A DNA stretch of 64,000 nt from a virus, in the IMG/VR virus record IMGVR_UViG_3300025128_005882, positions 1-64,000 of that record. One strand, 5' to 3'. The position numbers were made by a program, and so were the translations under genes. The first letter of the stretch is position 1; each line of letters starts with the position of its first letter. The notes beneath the pieces are model-generated. The model saw nothing but the letters and a program-made list of their open reading frames with translations, was not told the DNA's origin and ran no database searches. Of the stretch, positions 10,455 through 20,380 are shown one piece after another.

Positions 10455-11355
10455 TTTCTATAACCTTATTTACTTGTTGTTTTGTCATGTTTTCGTGATA
10501 TGGTAAACTTACTGTCGAAATAGATTCTAGCGCGGACTTTTGCAGGTCATATTTTATTTCAGTATTATAAAAGCTTTTATCGTGGCAATGCTCATAATGT
10601 ATGCCGCATAAAATACCTTCGTCCTTCATTTTAGATATGAAATTCTTATTGTTACGCACTCTAATTCTGTACAGGTGTCTGCTAGAGTTGTTTATGTAAA
10701 ATGCTTTATTATACATATCACTAATCTCATCCAGTCTATCATTCTTTTTATCTAGCTTACTTAGGTTTTCGTTTGCTATGTACGCTGATATAGAATTAAA
10801 ATGCATTTTATGTCCAGAGAATATTTGTTTGCGTTCCCAGTTATTTTCAGAGTAGCTCATGCCATTTAGCGTGAGCGCTTTATATAAGTCTATTGTTTCT
10901 TTATTATCTGAAACCACCATGCCTCCATCACATCCGCCTACTGGTTTAGTTGGGTAGAAGCTAAATATCATCTCTGCGTTTGGCTTTTCTAAATCCTTAA
11001 ACTGATTCTTTGTGACCTCCTGAGCCGAGTCAATTATTGTGCGATCATCATCTTCAAAAAGGCTGTACGCTTTGCCAACCCATTCAATGTCATCATGAAA
11101 CATATATCTAGCACCTGCCATCTCAAGCGCGTTGGGAACAACAGGCGGTATACAGCTAGGTATTGAGATCAGACCATCGCAGGACTTCATAGCCAAATAT
11201 ATCAAGCTAGACGCGCTATTTGCAGAGCAGGCGTATTTTGCCCCCACATACTCGGCAAACCTCTGCTCAAATTCAGAGACTATACTGCCGTGCAATAAAT
11301 TACCAAGGGCAGATGTGTCTACACTGTATTGATTTATATTAAATAAGTTTATCAC
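10429..11355 (-). CDS. DegT/DnrJ/EryC1/StrS sugar aminotransferase
   Basis: EFEQRFAEYVG, IDSAQ, FSFYPTK (PLP lysine), DGGMV. Confidence 0.9.
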   Translation of the reverse strand: MINLFNINQYSVDTSALGNLLHGSIVSEFEQRFAEYVGAKYACSANSASSLIYLAMKSCDGLISIPSCIPPVVPNALEMAGARYMFHDDIEWVGKAYSLFEDDDRTIIDSAQEVTKNQFKDLEKPNAEMIFSFYPTKPVGGCDGGMVVSDNKETIDLYKALTLNGMSYSENNWERKQIFSGHKMHFNSISAYIANENLSKLDKKNDRLDEISDMYNKAFYINNSSRHLYRIRVRNNKNFISKMKDEGILCGIHYEHCHDKSFYNTEIKYDLQKSALESISTVSLPYHENMTKQQVNKVIENVKKMART

Positions 11356-11627
11356 TTAAAATAATCCTCTATCTTATCAGTAAGTTTTACTAAGTCGGTA
11401 TTATTAGACTCTAGGAACTCACAAGCTTTCTTTCTCTCTGAGATGCTCAGGCTCTTATCTCTACTCTTCTTAAACATAACTGGAAACAACCACCAGAGAT
11501 ATGTCATTTTTGTTATTAAACATGACAGCTCTTCACTATCACATTCCTCAATCTTCGTAAGTTTTAATTTTTTTGATGTAGTCATTAGGGTCTTTCCTGT
11601 AGTAAATTTCTTTTGCTTTCTTGTCAA
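11352..11627 (-). CDS. Hypothetical protein (start uncertain)
   Basis: Fills the gap in the operon; helical C-terminus. Confidence 0.4.
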   Translation of the reverse strand: MTRKQKKFTTGKTLMTTSKKLKLTKIEECDSEELSCLITKMTYLWWLFPVMFKKSRDKSLSISERKKACEFLESNNTDLVKLTDKIEDYFK

Positions 11628-11793
11628 CCATGTCGCATATCATGCCTCTATTATCATTCATGCGCATCATCTTGTCATAAAGCTCTACATATTCTGTATC
11701 AGATAAATCTTCAGTCAAAAGTTTTTCTCTAGTATTAAATATCTTTATGTTTTCAATAACTAGCTTGTCTATTGCATCAGCTAAACTAAACAT
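11548..11793 (-). CDS. DUF4254-like small protein
   Basis: MFSLADAIDKLVIENIKIF...NDNR; resembles 8673-9029. Confidence 0.55.
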   Translation of the reverse strand: MFSLADAIDKLVIENIKIFNTREKLLTEDLSDTEYVELYDKMMRMNDNRGMICDMVDKKAKEIYYRKDPNDYIKKIKTYED

Positions 11794-12559
11794 TATATTT
11801 TTCCTTATATCTTTGTTGAATAACTGGGTATGGATGAGTTTCATCTTTAAGTCTTATTATATTCGTATCGTGTACTGGTGGGTGAGGCATATGCTGTGAG
11901 CCCAGCTTAATGGCGCCCTCCCAGCCGTCCCAATGATTACCCCATTTTGATTTAAATCTACGCTCGTTTTCAAATGTATTCATTGGCAATCTATCTTCGA
12001 CAAAACCTTCTCTTCTTTGTTTTTCTTCTTCTGGTGGATCGTAGTGTCGATACCAATTTCTATTGCCTACATTTGATATGTGTATGCCAGCCTCTCTAGT
12101 TCGCATCATTAAGTCGCAGTCAATATGTGGCCCATGTCCGTATAGTTCGTCTAAAAAGCCAATTCGAGCTACTAACCTTTTAGATATCCCAAATAATGAG
12201 TGGTTGTCTGCAAGCACATAATCATGCTTTTCTAACTCTGCTTCTATTGCCTCACACCATCCTGAGCCCACAAAGAAACAATCGGAACTTGTGATGATAC
12301 AGTTGTCTGTGTCTGACAGTATAATCCCTAAATTTATTGCTTGCTGCCAAGTTGTGCCAGAGTGTGACTCACAAAGTCTTATATCTCTATCAATATTGCC
12401 TATGAACTCTCTAATTTCTTTTAGGCTATCACTGCTAGAGCAGCCATCAACCAACATAAAGGCTACGGACTTGGGGCATGTAGCATCAGCCGTCTTTATG
12501 GACTCGCATAATACTTCAGGTCTATTCTTAAAAGACCACAATAAAGTGCTATTTGTCAT
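11786..12559 (-). CDS. Glycosyltransferase family 2-like
   Basis: LVDGCS, INLG, IGFLDE..., DCDLMMR. Confidence 0.75.
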   Translation of the reverse strand: MTNSTLLWSFKNRPEVLCESIKTADATCPKSVAFMLVDGCSSSDSLKEIREFIGNIDRDIRLCESHSGTTWQQAINLGIILSDTDNCIITSSDCFFVGSGWCEAIEAELEKHDYVLADNHSLFGISKRLVARIGFLDELYGHGPHIDCDLMMRTREAGIHISNVGNRNWYRHYDPPEEEKQRREGFVEDRLPMNTFENERRFKSKWGNHWDGWEGAIKLGSQHMPHPPVHDTNIIRLKDETHPYPVIQQRYKEKYNV

Positions 12560-13463
12560 TGCTTATCATACTCCTAACTCCTTCGTTGAATGGCGTTGGC
12601 TCAAAGTCAATGTATTGCAACATCTTATGATTTGTTATGCTATACCTGAAATCGTGCCCTAGCCTATCAGGAACATTTTCTACGTGGTCGCTCCAATTCA
12701 AACCCATTTCATCAAGTATAATCTCTATGACTTCTCTATTTGTTTTTTCGTCCTTAAAACTTATGTTATATATTTCATCTAGAGGAGCTTTTGATACAAT
12801 GTCGTATATAGCTTTTGATGAATCTTGTACGTATATCCAGTCTCTTATATTATCACCGTTGCCGTATAAAGGTATCTTATTTCCGTTTCTTATAGACCTT
12901 AATATTGTGGGTAAAAACTTTTCGCCGTGCTGTCTAGGCCCATAGTTATTACTCATCCTGATCATTTTATAAGGAAGATCAAACGTATTATTGTAGGCAG
13001 ACACTAGGTGTTCGGCAGCGGCTTTAGTCGCTGAGTAGTAATTCATTGGCCTAGCTGGAGCACACTCGTGAAAAGAACCCTCCTTGATAGGCCCGTAAAT
13101 TTCATCAGTGGATATTTGCACTAATACAATGTCCATGTTTTTACATATGTCTAAAAGGCTTTTAACTCCTTTTACATTAGAATCTATAAAAGAGTTATAT
13201 CCTTTTATTGAATTATCTACGTGTGACTCTGCTGCGAAGTTAATAATCTGTTCTATGTTGTGCTCTTTGCAAATTTCTCCCATCTTATCCGTGTCGCATA
13301 TATCATCAATATACAGCACAACACCTTCTGGTATATTCTTCATTTTCCCCGCATAGGTCAGCTTGTCAACACCGACAACCTTGTGACCACGTTCTAGAAA
13401 AAGCTCAGAAACATGACTGCCTATAAACCCAGCGCATCCAGTAATTAGAAAGTTAGTCATCAC
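12549..13463 (-). CDS. rmlB: dTDP-glucose 4,6-dehydratase
   Basis: GCAGFIG, DKLTYAG, AAESHVD, STDEIYG, YSATK, DRLGHDFRY. Confidence 0.92.
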   Translation of the reverse strand: MMTNFLITGCAGFIGSHVSELFLERGHKVVGVDKLTYAGKMKNIPEGVVLYIDDICDTDKMGEICKEHNIEQIINFAAESHVDNSIKGYNSFIDSNVKGVKSLLDICKNMDIVLVQISTDEIYGPIKEGSFHECAPARPMNYYSATKAAAEHLVSAYNNTFDLPYKMIRMSNNYGPRQHGEKFLPTILRSIRNGNKIPLYGNGDNIRDWIYVQDSSKAIYDIVSKAPLDEIYNISFKDEKTNREVIEIILDEMGLNWSDHVENVPDRLGHDFRYSITNHKMLQYIDFEPTPFNEGVRSMISNDK

Positions 13464-14257
13464 TCTTCCCTCATGCCTTCGTACACTGTAGTTTTATACT
13501 TAGAGTTTTCTTCTAGTATGCTATCAAAGAAACCTACATCCAAACCATTTTTAGCGCAAAAGGCTGCTATAGCCTTGGTGTCCTTTGGTAAACACATGCC
13601 ACCAAACCCCCTAAAGTTATCGTTGCAATCTAAATATATATCGTATATATGCTCTCTATTTACTATAGCGTCTTTGACTTTAGAATAGTCGGCCCCTAAA
13701 GATTTACAAACCTCATAGAAGCTATTTGCGAAAGTAACTAGAGTTGCATTATATATGTTGTTATAGTATTTTGCTAACTCAGCTTCTGTAGGTGACACAG
13801 AAATTACACTCTTCGGCAGCTTACCGTGCGCTTCTTTAATTACTGCTTGAGCATCTTTATTATTTGTTCCTATGATACACACGTCGTGATTCTCTACAAA
13901 GTCTACAGATGCACACCTTTCTCGCAAGAATTCAGGTACAAAACATATGCTATAATTATTATATTTGTCTATCAGGTCTTGAGTGGTTCCCGGAGATACA
14001 GTTGATTTTATAGCAATTACCCCAGAGTAGTCGAGCTTGTGTAAGTCTTCAATCACATTTTGTACTATAGACGTGTCACAGCTACCGTCTTCACTCGGTG
14101 GGGTTGGCACACACAAGAATACTATTTCTGCATCTACCAAATCCTCTATGTTCGTATTAAGAGAAATGTCGTGACCTACTACGTTATGACCTAGCTTTTC
14201 TAGACCATATCTAACGGCAGACCCTACAACCCCTAAACCTACAATACCTACGTTCAT
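13460..14257 (-). CDS. UDP-glucose/GDP-mannose dehydrogenase family (short form)
   Basis: GLGVVG, CVPTP, KSTV, PEFLRE, GFGGMCLPKD; start placed at MNVGIVG. Confidence 0.85.
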   Translation of the reverse strand: MNVGIVGLGVVGSAVRYGLEKLGHNVVGHDISLNTNIEDLVDAEIVFLCVPTPPSEDGSCDTSIVQNVIEDLHKLDYSGVIAIKSTVSPGTTQDLIDKYNNYSICFVPEFLRERCASVDFVENHDVCIIGTNNKDAQAVIKEAHGKLPKSVISVSPTEAELAKYYNNIYNATLVTFANSFYEVCKSLGADYSKVKDAIVNREHIYDIYLDCNDNFRGFGGMCLPKDTKAIAAFCAKNGLDVGFFDSILEENSKYKTTVYEGMREE

Positions 14258-15054
14258 TATGTATAGACTCCATCTTTTTTGTTCTTTGTGGCTTCTAAGC
14301 CGCCGCAATGATAACTAATAGCATCTAATGCTTTAATCACATTTACGCCACCAGCTTTGCACCTGTTAAAAAAGTCTGTGTCTCCTGTAATGTTGTTAAC
14401 ATAGATCCCCATTGGGTCTGGACTATTGTCTACAGAAAATTTATTCATCGGGCCAAATCTCTCCCAAACATCTCTAGACAGCGCAAATGGCATAGCATCA
14501 AATCTATGACCATAGGCCACTTCATCTGTAGCAACTTGACCTTCCGCAGCCTCATATAGCGCATCAGCAAATGGGTTCCACTCATCCATCTTAAACTCTG
14601 AGTAATTGGTAACACCGAAGTTTCTACATGTATGTATTGAATATTGATTTCCCGGCTCTATTAGTTTGCAGTTTACGACTGTGTTTTCAGCACAATTCTT
14701 GTATAAATTGGCTAGCCAGTTTTTATGGAAGTAATGGTCTGTTGCTATTGGGCATACATAGTCTGCGTGCTCCAGCGCTATTGGATAACCTGCGTTCCAA
14801 CCTCTGTATAAATTCCACAAAAATCCTTTACCTTCGTCGTACCCAATTTCTACACTTTTGTAATTCTTATCTTTTAGCCACTGATGTGCTTCATCTGAAG
14901 ACTTCCAAGTTAGAAATACAATGTCAAAATCTTCTTCTGGCATACCTGCATTTTCTATTGCGCTTGTCACAGAAAATTCTGCTTCTTCTATGTATCGACC
15001 TATCTGGCAGTACATTACAATTTTTGGGTTTTCCCATTTGCCGTTATTATGCAT
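14257..15054 (-). CDS. GT2-like glycosyltransferase
   Basis: GWNAG, ATDHYF, GDTDFF...ISYH; paralogous to 15047-15805. Confidence 0.65.
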   Translation of the reverse strand: MHNNGKWENPKIVMYCQIGRYIEEAEFSVTSAIENAGMPEEDFDIVFLTWKSSDEAHQWLKDKNYKSVEIGYDEGKGFLWNLYRGWNAGYPIALEHADYVCPIATDHYFHKNWLANLYKNCAENTVVNCKLIEPGNQYSIHTCRNFGVTNYSEFKMDEWNPFADALYEAAEGQVATDEVAYGHRFDAMPFALSRDVWERFGPMNKFSVDNSPDPMGIYVNNITGDTDFFNRCKAGGVNVIKALDAISYHCGGLEATKNKKDGVYT

Positions 15055-15805
15055 CTTTTTCTCCTTCTATAATATGGTAAACCAGCGAATCAAAGGGTGT
15101 GATATGTCTCATTCCGTATTTAGCTTCTAAAACGTCGTGAAAGAAGAAATCATCACCAGCTTTAAACACCGGCCTGTCGTTTGGGTAGCCTGCTACTATC
15201 GTTCCGTCTTCTTCCAGAAATATGTTACCTCTTGGAAACATACCGGCTTCTATAAACCTTTGCTTTTCTACAAGGCAAGGCATGTACAGTCCTCCATGTG
15301 CTATGTGGTCAATAGAGTTTTGTTCAGCCCAAGCTTCCCATCCTGCGTCATCAAACTGGTTAGGGTGTCTCCCAAAGTGATTGGAGCCTAAATTAACTCC
15401 GTGCATACCACTAGCCATCTTGCCGCTTTCAATCAATCTACTGCAAGGTATGTTAGTGCCATCGTGGTGCTTCAGTAAATTTGATAACCACCCTTTAGAA
15501 AAGCGGTCGTCTGAGTTTACTAGAACCACGTTGTCGTATTCGCTAGATTCAACAGCATAATTATAAGCCCCATAAACTCTATTTAAATAGAATTCATCTG
15601 GGTCTGTATTATTGAATACCGAGTATGGTATATCGAGAGTAGCGAGCCTGTCCAGTACCTCTTGTGTTGCATCGTTTGCTACCACCCTAACCCCAACATC
15701 CCAACCGTCAGCAGTGCAAAGATCGCTCTTGAGTTGCTTTACTATAAACTCTAGGTAATCAAGAGATTTATATACTAACGTGACTACTTCCACGTTGTTA
15801 TTCAT
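15047..15805 (-). CDS. GT2-like glycosyltransferase
   Basis: AYNYAV, VNSDD, GDDFFF, SLVYH. Confidence 0.7.
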   Translation of the reverse strand: MNNNVEVVTLVYKSLDYLEFIVKQLKSDLCTADGWDVGVRVVANDATQEVLDRLATLDIPYSVFNNTDPDEFYLNRVYGAYNYAVESSEYDNVVLVNSDDRFSKGWLSNLLKHHDGTNIPCSRLIESGKMASGMHGVNLGSNHFGRHPNQFDDAGWEAWAEQNSIDHIAHGGLYMPCLVEKQRFIEAGMFPRGNIFLEEDGTIVAGYPNDRPVFKAGDDFFFHDVLEAKYGMRHITPFDSLVYHIIEGEKDA

Positions 15806-16439
15806 AATATGCCTCTTTTATAAAAAGTTTTGTGCCGTCAGCACATTGTATATATGGGTTTGGATATGGGTCTTGTAAACACCTTATCTTATTATATAAT
15901 TGTTTTGCTGTCATGCAAGAAAAATCCTGTGATTTTATCTCACTATCTTTTGGTTTTCTTCTTCTGCAAATTGTAGCTTGGCTATGATCTTGTTCATACC
16001 CCTCATGCTCTGGGTTGTCTAATATAAACTCAATACCAAACCTACCAAGTATAGACATCTTAGCAAATATATATGTTAAGCTGCCCACGAGCTTCATTTC
16101 TTCTTGCCATAGTATTCTTCCGTGATCTAGCTCATTATCCATAATAAAAAACGTTACTGCGCTATCTGTCACACCATCTATAATTTGGTTTTGTATAGGT
16201 GATCCGCCTCTGTATTTTGGTAGAGCAGATGGGTGCATACATATGCACCTGCTAGACTCTAAAAGTTTTTCGTCTACTATCCAACTCCAACCTATGAAAA
16301 AAATAGTATCGTAGTCATTCTTTTCTGTAGCCTGTTTTAGTTCTTCTGGTGAAGAAACAAAATCCCAGTCTACACCTAACGTGTCGTAAATTCTCACTGC
16401 CCAATCACGATAGCCACAAAACAGTTTTAGTCCACCCAT
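15798..16439 (-). CDS. Formyltransferase (Fmt/ArnA-type, probably sugar N-formyltransferase)
   Basis: HPSALPKYRGGSP, LDHG. Confidence 0.85.
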   Translation of the reverse strand: MGGLKLFCGYRDWAVRIYDTLGVDWDFVSSPEELKQATEKNDYDTIFFIGWSWIVDEKLLESSRCICMHPSALPKYRGGSPIQNQIIDGVTDSAVTFFIMDNELDHGRILWQEEMKLVGSLTYIFAKMSILGRFGIEFILDNPEHEGYEQDHSQATICRRRKPKDSEIKSQDFSCMTAKQLYNKIRCLQDPYPNPYIQCADGTKLFIKEAYYE

Positions 16440-17038
16440 CTTATTACCTCAAACGCTTCGGCAAATTCAAGATTGGCTTGTCTACCTCTGACTTTTGCTA
16501 ACTCTTCCACGAATTCAGGACTCCTGAAACTCCTAACCTGTGACTCTAGTGACAAATAAGCGCTTTTCTTTCTCTCCATGTCTATCGGCACAAAATAGTT
16601 TGGCTTAAAGGAAGAACTAATTGAGTGTGAGTGATCCCATAAAAATACGTGAGGCTGCTCATAGACTAATACTTTCTTTACAAAGAAGTTAATATCGTGT
16701 GGCCTCAAAGCTATAAGCGAAGCCTCGTATACCGCCTTGTGGTCTTGGTTGTAGGATGGGTATGGTATAAAAACTTTTTCTGGCTTCACCTTATTTATGG
16801 TGTCAGAAAGCTGGTCTATTATTGTTGACACGTCATAGCTGTTTACTAAATTTGAAAGAGTTTCAAACTCAAACCCTAATATTTCCTGCGCCTTTTTAAG
16901 TTCCTCAATTCTTCTGTCTCTAGAAACAATGTGAAATTTATCTACACCGCACTCTAGGACAAATGAATTACTATCCAGTATACCTCCGCAACCTAAGACT
17001 TCATCATCTATATGTGGGGAAATTATAAGTTTATCCAT
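16427..17038 (-). CDS. PIG-L/LmbE family deacetylase
   Basis: SPHIDDEVLGCGG, NQDH, AEAF. Confidence 0.88.
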   Translation of the reverse strand: MDKLIISPHIDDEVLGCGGILDSNSFVLECGVDKFHIVSRDRRIEELKKAQEILGFEFETLSNLVNSYDVSTIIDQLSDTINKVKPEKVFIPYPSYNQDHKAVYEASLIALRPHDINFFVKKVLVYEQPHVFLWDHSHSISSSFKPNYFVPIDMERKKSAYLSLESQVRSFRSPEFVEELAKVRGRQANLEFAEAFEVIRWVD

Positions 17039-17804
17039 ATATTTCCTTAAGCGTTTTTAGTGTTGTTGGATCTGGAGTGTTAGAGTCTATAAATACAGGT
17101 AGTACCTCAGCCTCAGACTCTTGAACCTCAAGATCCTTCTCGCAAATCAATCTATCTAAATCCCAGCCAGTTTGACCCAACCCCTTGTATAAATTGTATC
17201 TATCCATTACTTGTTTGTCTGTAGCAAATCCGTAGTGTATCAGTTTTAGCCATCTGGCATCCACAATATTAGCTATGCCATAGGGCTCCTGATGTCCGTG
17301 TAAACCCTTCTCTTCAGGAAAGTAAAGCTCTCCATTATTTCTCCAGAATGGGACTCTACCCCACTCGTTGAATCCGTGATAGCTACTATCAAGTCTGTAA
17401 TGCTTATTACTTCGCCACAAATTATAATGCCCAAGTCTAACACCATCTGCACCAGATTCAGCAGATGTTTTTAACATGTCTTTTAAGAGAGCATAATCAT
17501 TATCCATCAGCCTCTGATCTATCATCGTATCGCCGTCAATCCAAAAAATCCAATCAGTATCAGGATGCTCTGACAGCAGTTTTTCTAGCATCTCTTTTTT
17601 GCACAAAATTTCTTCGTGAAAACGGTTCTCTTCTGACTGTATCAAGACTACGTTATCATGTTGTGAATATATATCATGGCTGCCATCGTCCGAGGCTTGG
17701 TCGAAGATATAGATGTAGTCGCATATTTCCATGCACTGAAACCAGTTCTCTAGATTACCTTTAGATAGCTCGTTTCTGAGTTGTGAAAATCCAATTATCT
17801 TCAT
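17031..17804 (-). CDS. Glycosyltransferase family 2-like
   Basis: DQASDDGS, WIDGD, LIHYG. Confidence 0.75.
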   Translation of the reverse strand: MKIIGFSQLRNELSKGNLENWFQCMEICDYIYIFDQASDDGSHDIYSQHDNVVLIQSEENRFHEEILCKKEMLEKLLSEHPDTDWIFWIDGDTMIDQRLMDNDYALLKDMLKTSAESGADGVRLGHYNLWRSNKHYRLDSSYHGFNEWGRVPFWRNNGELYFPEEKGLHGHQEPYGIANIVDARWLKLIHYGFATDKQVMDRYNLYKGLGQTGWDLDRLICEKDLEVQESEAEVLPVFIDSNTPDPTTLKTLKEIYG

Positions 17805-18874
17805 GTAGTTTCCTTTAATCTTTTTATTATCTCTATACTAGTATTACCACAACCAAGCCAGTCTGCACTCATATTTTTTGAAACATTTACGATAAAATCG
17901 CATATTTCCATCATTTCGACTTCTCCGTAGTCGAGCGGCAAATATCTAGAGCAACTGGCTGTGTAAGACTGTGGCCTTTCTGTGAATTCTCTTGGCACTA
18001 ACACCGGAGTTCCTAACAATGCAGGCTCTTCTTGCGCTGTTCCAGAATCTGATATGACAAACACAGCATTATAAACTGACTTGATGTATTCTTTGTAGGA
18101 CATTAAGTCGATGTGTTCTACAGAGTGCGTGTTTATTTCGTATAGATCTATGTAATCATACGTTCTAGGAAATTTTAACGAGATACACTTGACACCGAAC
18201 TCAACGGATAGGTCTCTGGCCCAGTCAAATATTGCTTGCAGTCTTTCAGGGTCTTTGAAGTTTTCAGGTCTGTGCACATCTAGAAGAATATGACCATTCT
18301 CTTTCTCTTTTTTCCTGAACTCAAGACTGTGCTTATTTACAACTTCTACTATAGTGTTACCTACATTCACAACTTTGCTTCTTGGTATATTTTCTTGAAA
18401 CAAATTATCAGAGTAGTCTTTGTGGTATGTAAATAACAGCTCGCTGGAGTGGTCGCACACAATTCTATTTATCTCTTCCAGCATCCTTCGATCTCCAGAC
18501 CTCATGCCAGCCTCTATATGCGCCACGTTGATACCCTCTTTCTTCAAAGATGGCGCAACTAATACTGAGTTTGAATCGCCTAGAAAAATAACCCAGTCTG
18601 GACACAGATCTTCACTTCTTATCAGTTCTATTAGCTTGACGGTGAGCTCAGCGTTTTGATGGAAGTGCTCTTTGCCGCTGCCACCAATTTCCAAGTTGTA
18701 GTCGGGCTCTCTAATATTTAGCTCCTGAAAGAATACACCAGAAAGGAGCTTGTCGTAGTGCTGTCCAGTGTGTATTAATATATGATTAATACTTGGATCA
18801 GAATCCAAAGCCCTAAATACTTCCGACATTCTTATGAAGTCAGGTCTAATTCCCGTTACAGTTATAATATTCAT
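17801..18874 (-). CDS. wecB: UDP-N-acetylglucosamine 2-epimerase
   Basis: GIRPDF, HTGQHYD, HIEAGMRS, EEINR, DSGTAQEE. Confidence 0.9.
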   Translation of the reverse strand: MNIITVTGIRPDFIRMSEVFRALDSDPSINHILIHTGQHYDKLLSGVFFQELNIREPDYNLEIGGSGKEHFHQNAELTVKLIELIRSEDLCPDWVIFLGDSNSVLVAPSLKKEGINVAHIEAGMRSGDRRMLEEINRIVCDHSSELLFTYHKDYSDNLFQENIPRSKVVNVGNTIVEVVNKHSLEFRKKEKENGHILLDVHRPENFKDPERLQAIFDWARDLSVEFGVKCISLKFPRTYDYIDLYEINTHSVEHIDLMSYKEYIKSVYNAVFVISDSGTAQEEPALLGTPVLVPREFTERPQSYTASCSRYLPLDYGEVEMMEICDFIVNVSKNMSADWLGCGNTSIEIIKRLKETT

Positions 18875-19658
18875 TTTCTGGTGCTCTGTATAAAGTTTCG
18901 TTCTGTGTAATATTACGATACATACTGTGGTTTAGAAATGCCAGCCTATTCGCATCCAGATAATCGCCGTTTATTATAGCGCCGCTATAGGTAGACGTGT
19001 GATATTGATGTACGCTAAACGGGTCGTCGATATTTACAATTTCTAGACCTTTTCTTTTTATCCTATCTAAGAATTCGTTATCGTCAAACTCCATACCATA
19101 TTTATATCTTTCGTCAAAACCATTTATAGACTCTAGGTTTTTTCTGGTGATAGCTGTGGTAAAATGGAAGTCTACTTTTCTATAGCGTGAGTGATTATAC
19201 CAAGTTATTGCGTCGCCTTTAGACTGGTTGAATTCTTGAGGCAGCGATAATATAAAATCCTTTTTGTTTTCTGCGTTATAAAGCCTTTCTATGTCTTTTT
19301 CTACAACATTATAGCAAGCGTATGACAGGTATCTGTTGTCATCTATATTTTCGGCTACAGACTGCATTAATTCCCCCACATGCAAGCACTCAGGGTTTTG
19401 GATTATTATAACTTCTCCAGAGCACATGGAGAAAGCAGTATTGTAAACTATACAAGGGTTTTTATATGGGTTAGCTTGTACAGTTATGACTGTAAGAAAC
19501 GGAAATCTAGACTGCAGATCTGCTACCTTCTGTTCTGGATCGCTGGCGTCGTCAACAACTATTACCTCTATATCTTTGTATGATTGAGACTCAATAGACT
19601 CAAGAGTTTTTATTAGTTGCACTTTTCTGTTTTTATATGCCATAGCTATAGAAATCAT
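18846..19658 (-). CDS. Glycosyltransferase family 2
   Basis: VVDDAS, NGFDERY, DDNEF, HQYH. Confidence 0.85.
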   Translation of the reverse strand: MISIAMAYKNRKVQLIKTLESIESQSYKDIEVIVVDDASDPEQKVADLQSRFPFLTVITVQANPYKNPCIVYNTAFSMCSGEVIIIQNPECLHVGELMQSVAENIDDNRYLSYACYNVVEKDIERLYNAENKKDFILSLPQEFNQSKGDAITWYNHSRYRKVDFHFTTAITRKNLESINGFDERYKYGMEFDDNEFLDRIKRKGLEIVNIDDPFSVHQYHTSTYSGAIINGDYLDANRLAFLNHSMYRNITQNETLYRAPENEYYNCNGN

Positions 19659-20380
19659 GAGAACGAGCACTCCAAGTGGGCAAAAAATGTATTTGGATTT
19701 TGATATGGTCTAGTCATTACGTTTTTAGTGAAAACATCTAATGGAGATCCTACATCTATATATGTGTTGTTTGGATTGCTTTCGTATAGCTTGTCCACCA
19801 TAATGTTTGCCATAGGCCCAGCAGATACTAAGAACAGTGTGTCCTTATGGCGCTTAGAAATATCTTTAATCATAGCTAGTATCTCTAGCTTATAACTGTT
19901 ATACCATTCAATACATTCTTCTGAAACCCAAAGAGCATCAACTACGTTAAATGGATACTTCTTATCATACCCTTTTTCGTTCGCTATTAACACTACATCT
20001 CTTTCTAATTTCATTAAATATGTAGCAAATTTTCTGAAGTTGGCATTTACCAGAAGATTGGCGAATAGAACATTGTTATTAGTTATCATATCTAAATACT
20101 TGTTCTTGTTTTCTTCTCCGTGGCAGCAAACGCATGGGATTCCGTAGAAGAAATTATCTTCAGTGCGATTCAAAGAATTTCTCAAGTCTTTGGCAAAAAC
20201 ACCTGCATTACCATCAGTGTGCCAACCATCTATCTCGTAGGCTTGTGTATCCTTTCCTATTTCCCGACCTTCTATAATCGCAAGCTCCCCATCTCCATAT
20301 CTTGACAAGGAAAAGTTATCGCCAGAAGCTATCTTATCTATAATAAAGTCTACCTGATCTCTAAACTGTAAGTTTATCAT
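19655..20380 (-). CDS. GT-D-fold (DUF1792-like) glycosyltransferase
   Basis: SRYGDGE, SAGP, IDVGS. Confidence 0.65.
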   Translation of the reverse strand: MINLQFRDQVDFIIDKIASGDNFSLSRYGDGELAIIEGREIGKDTQAYEIDGWHTDGNAGVFAKDLRNSLNRTEDNFFYGIPCVCCHGEENKNKYLDMITNNNVLFANLLVNANFRKFATYLMKLERDVVLIANEKGYDKKYPFNVVDALWVSEECIEWYNSYKLEILAMIKDISKRHKDTLFLVSAGPMANIMVDKLYESNPNNTYIDVGSPLDVFTKNVMTRPYQNPNTFFAHLECSFS

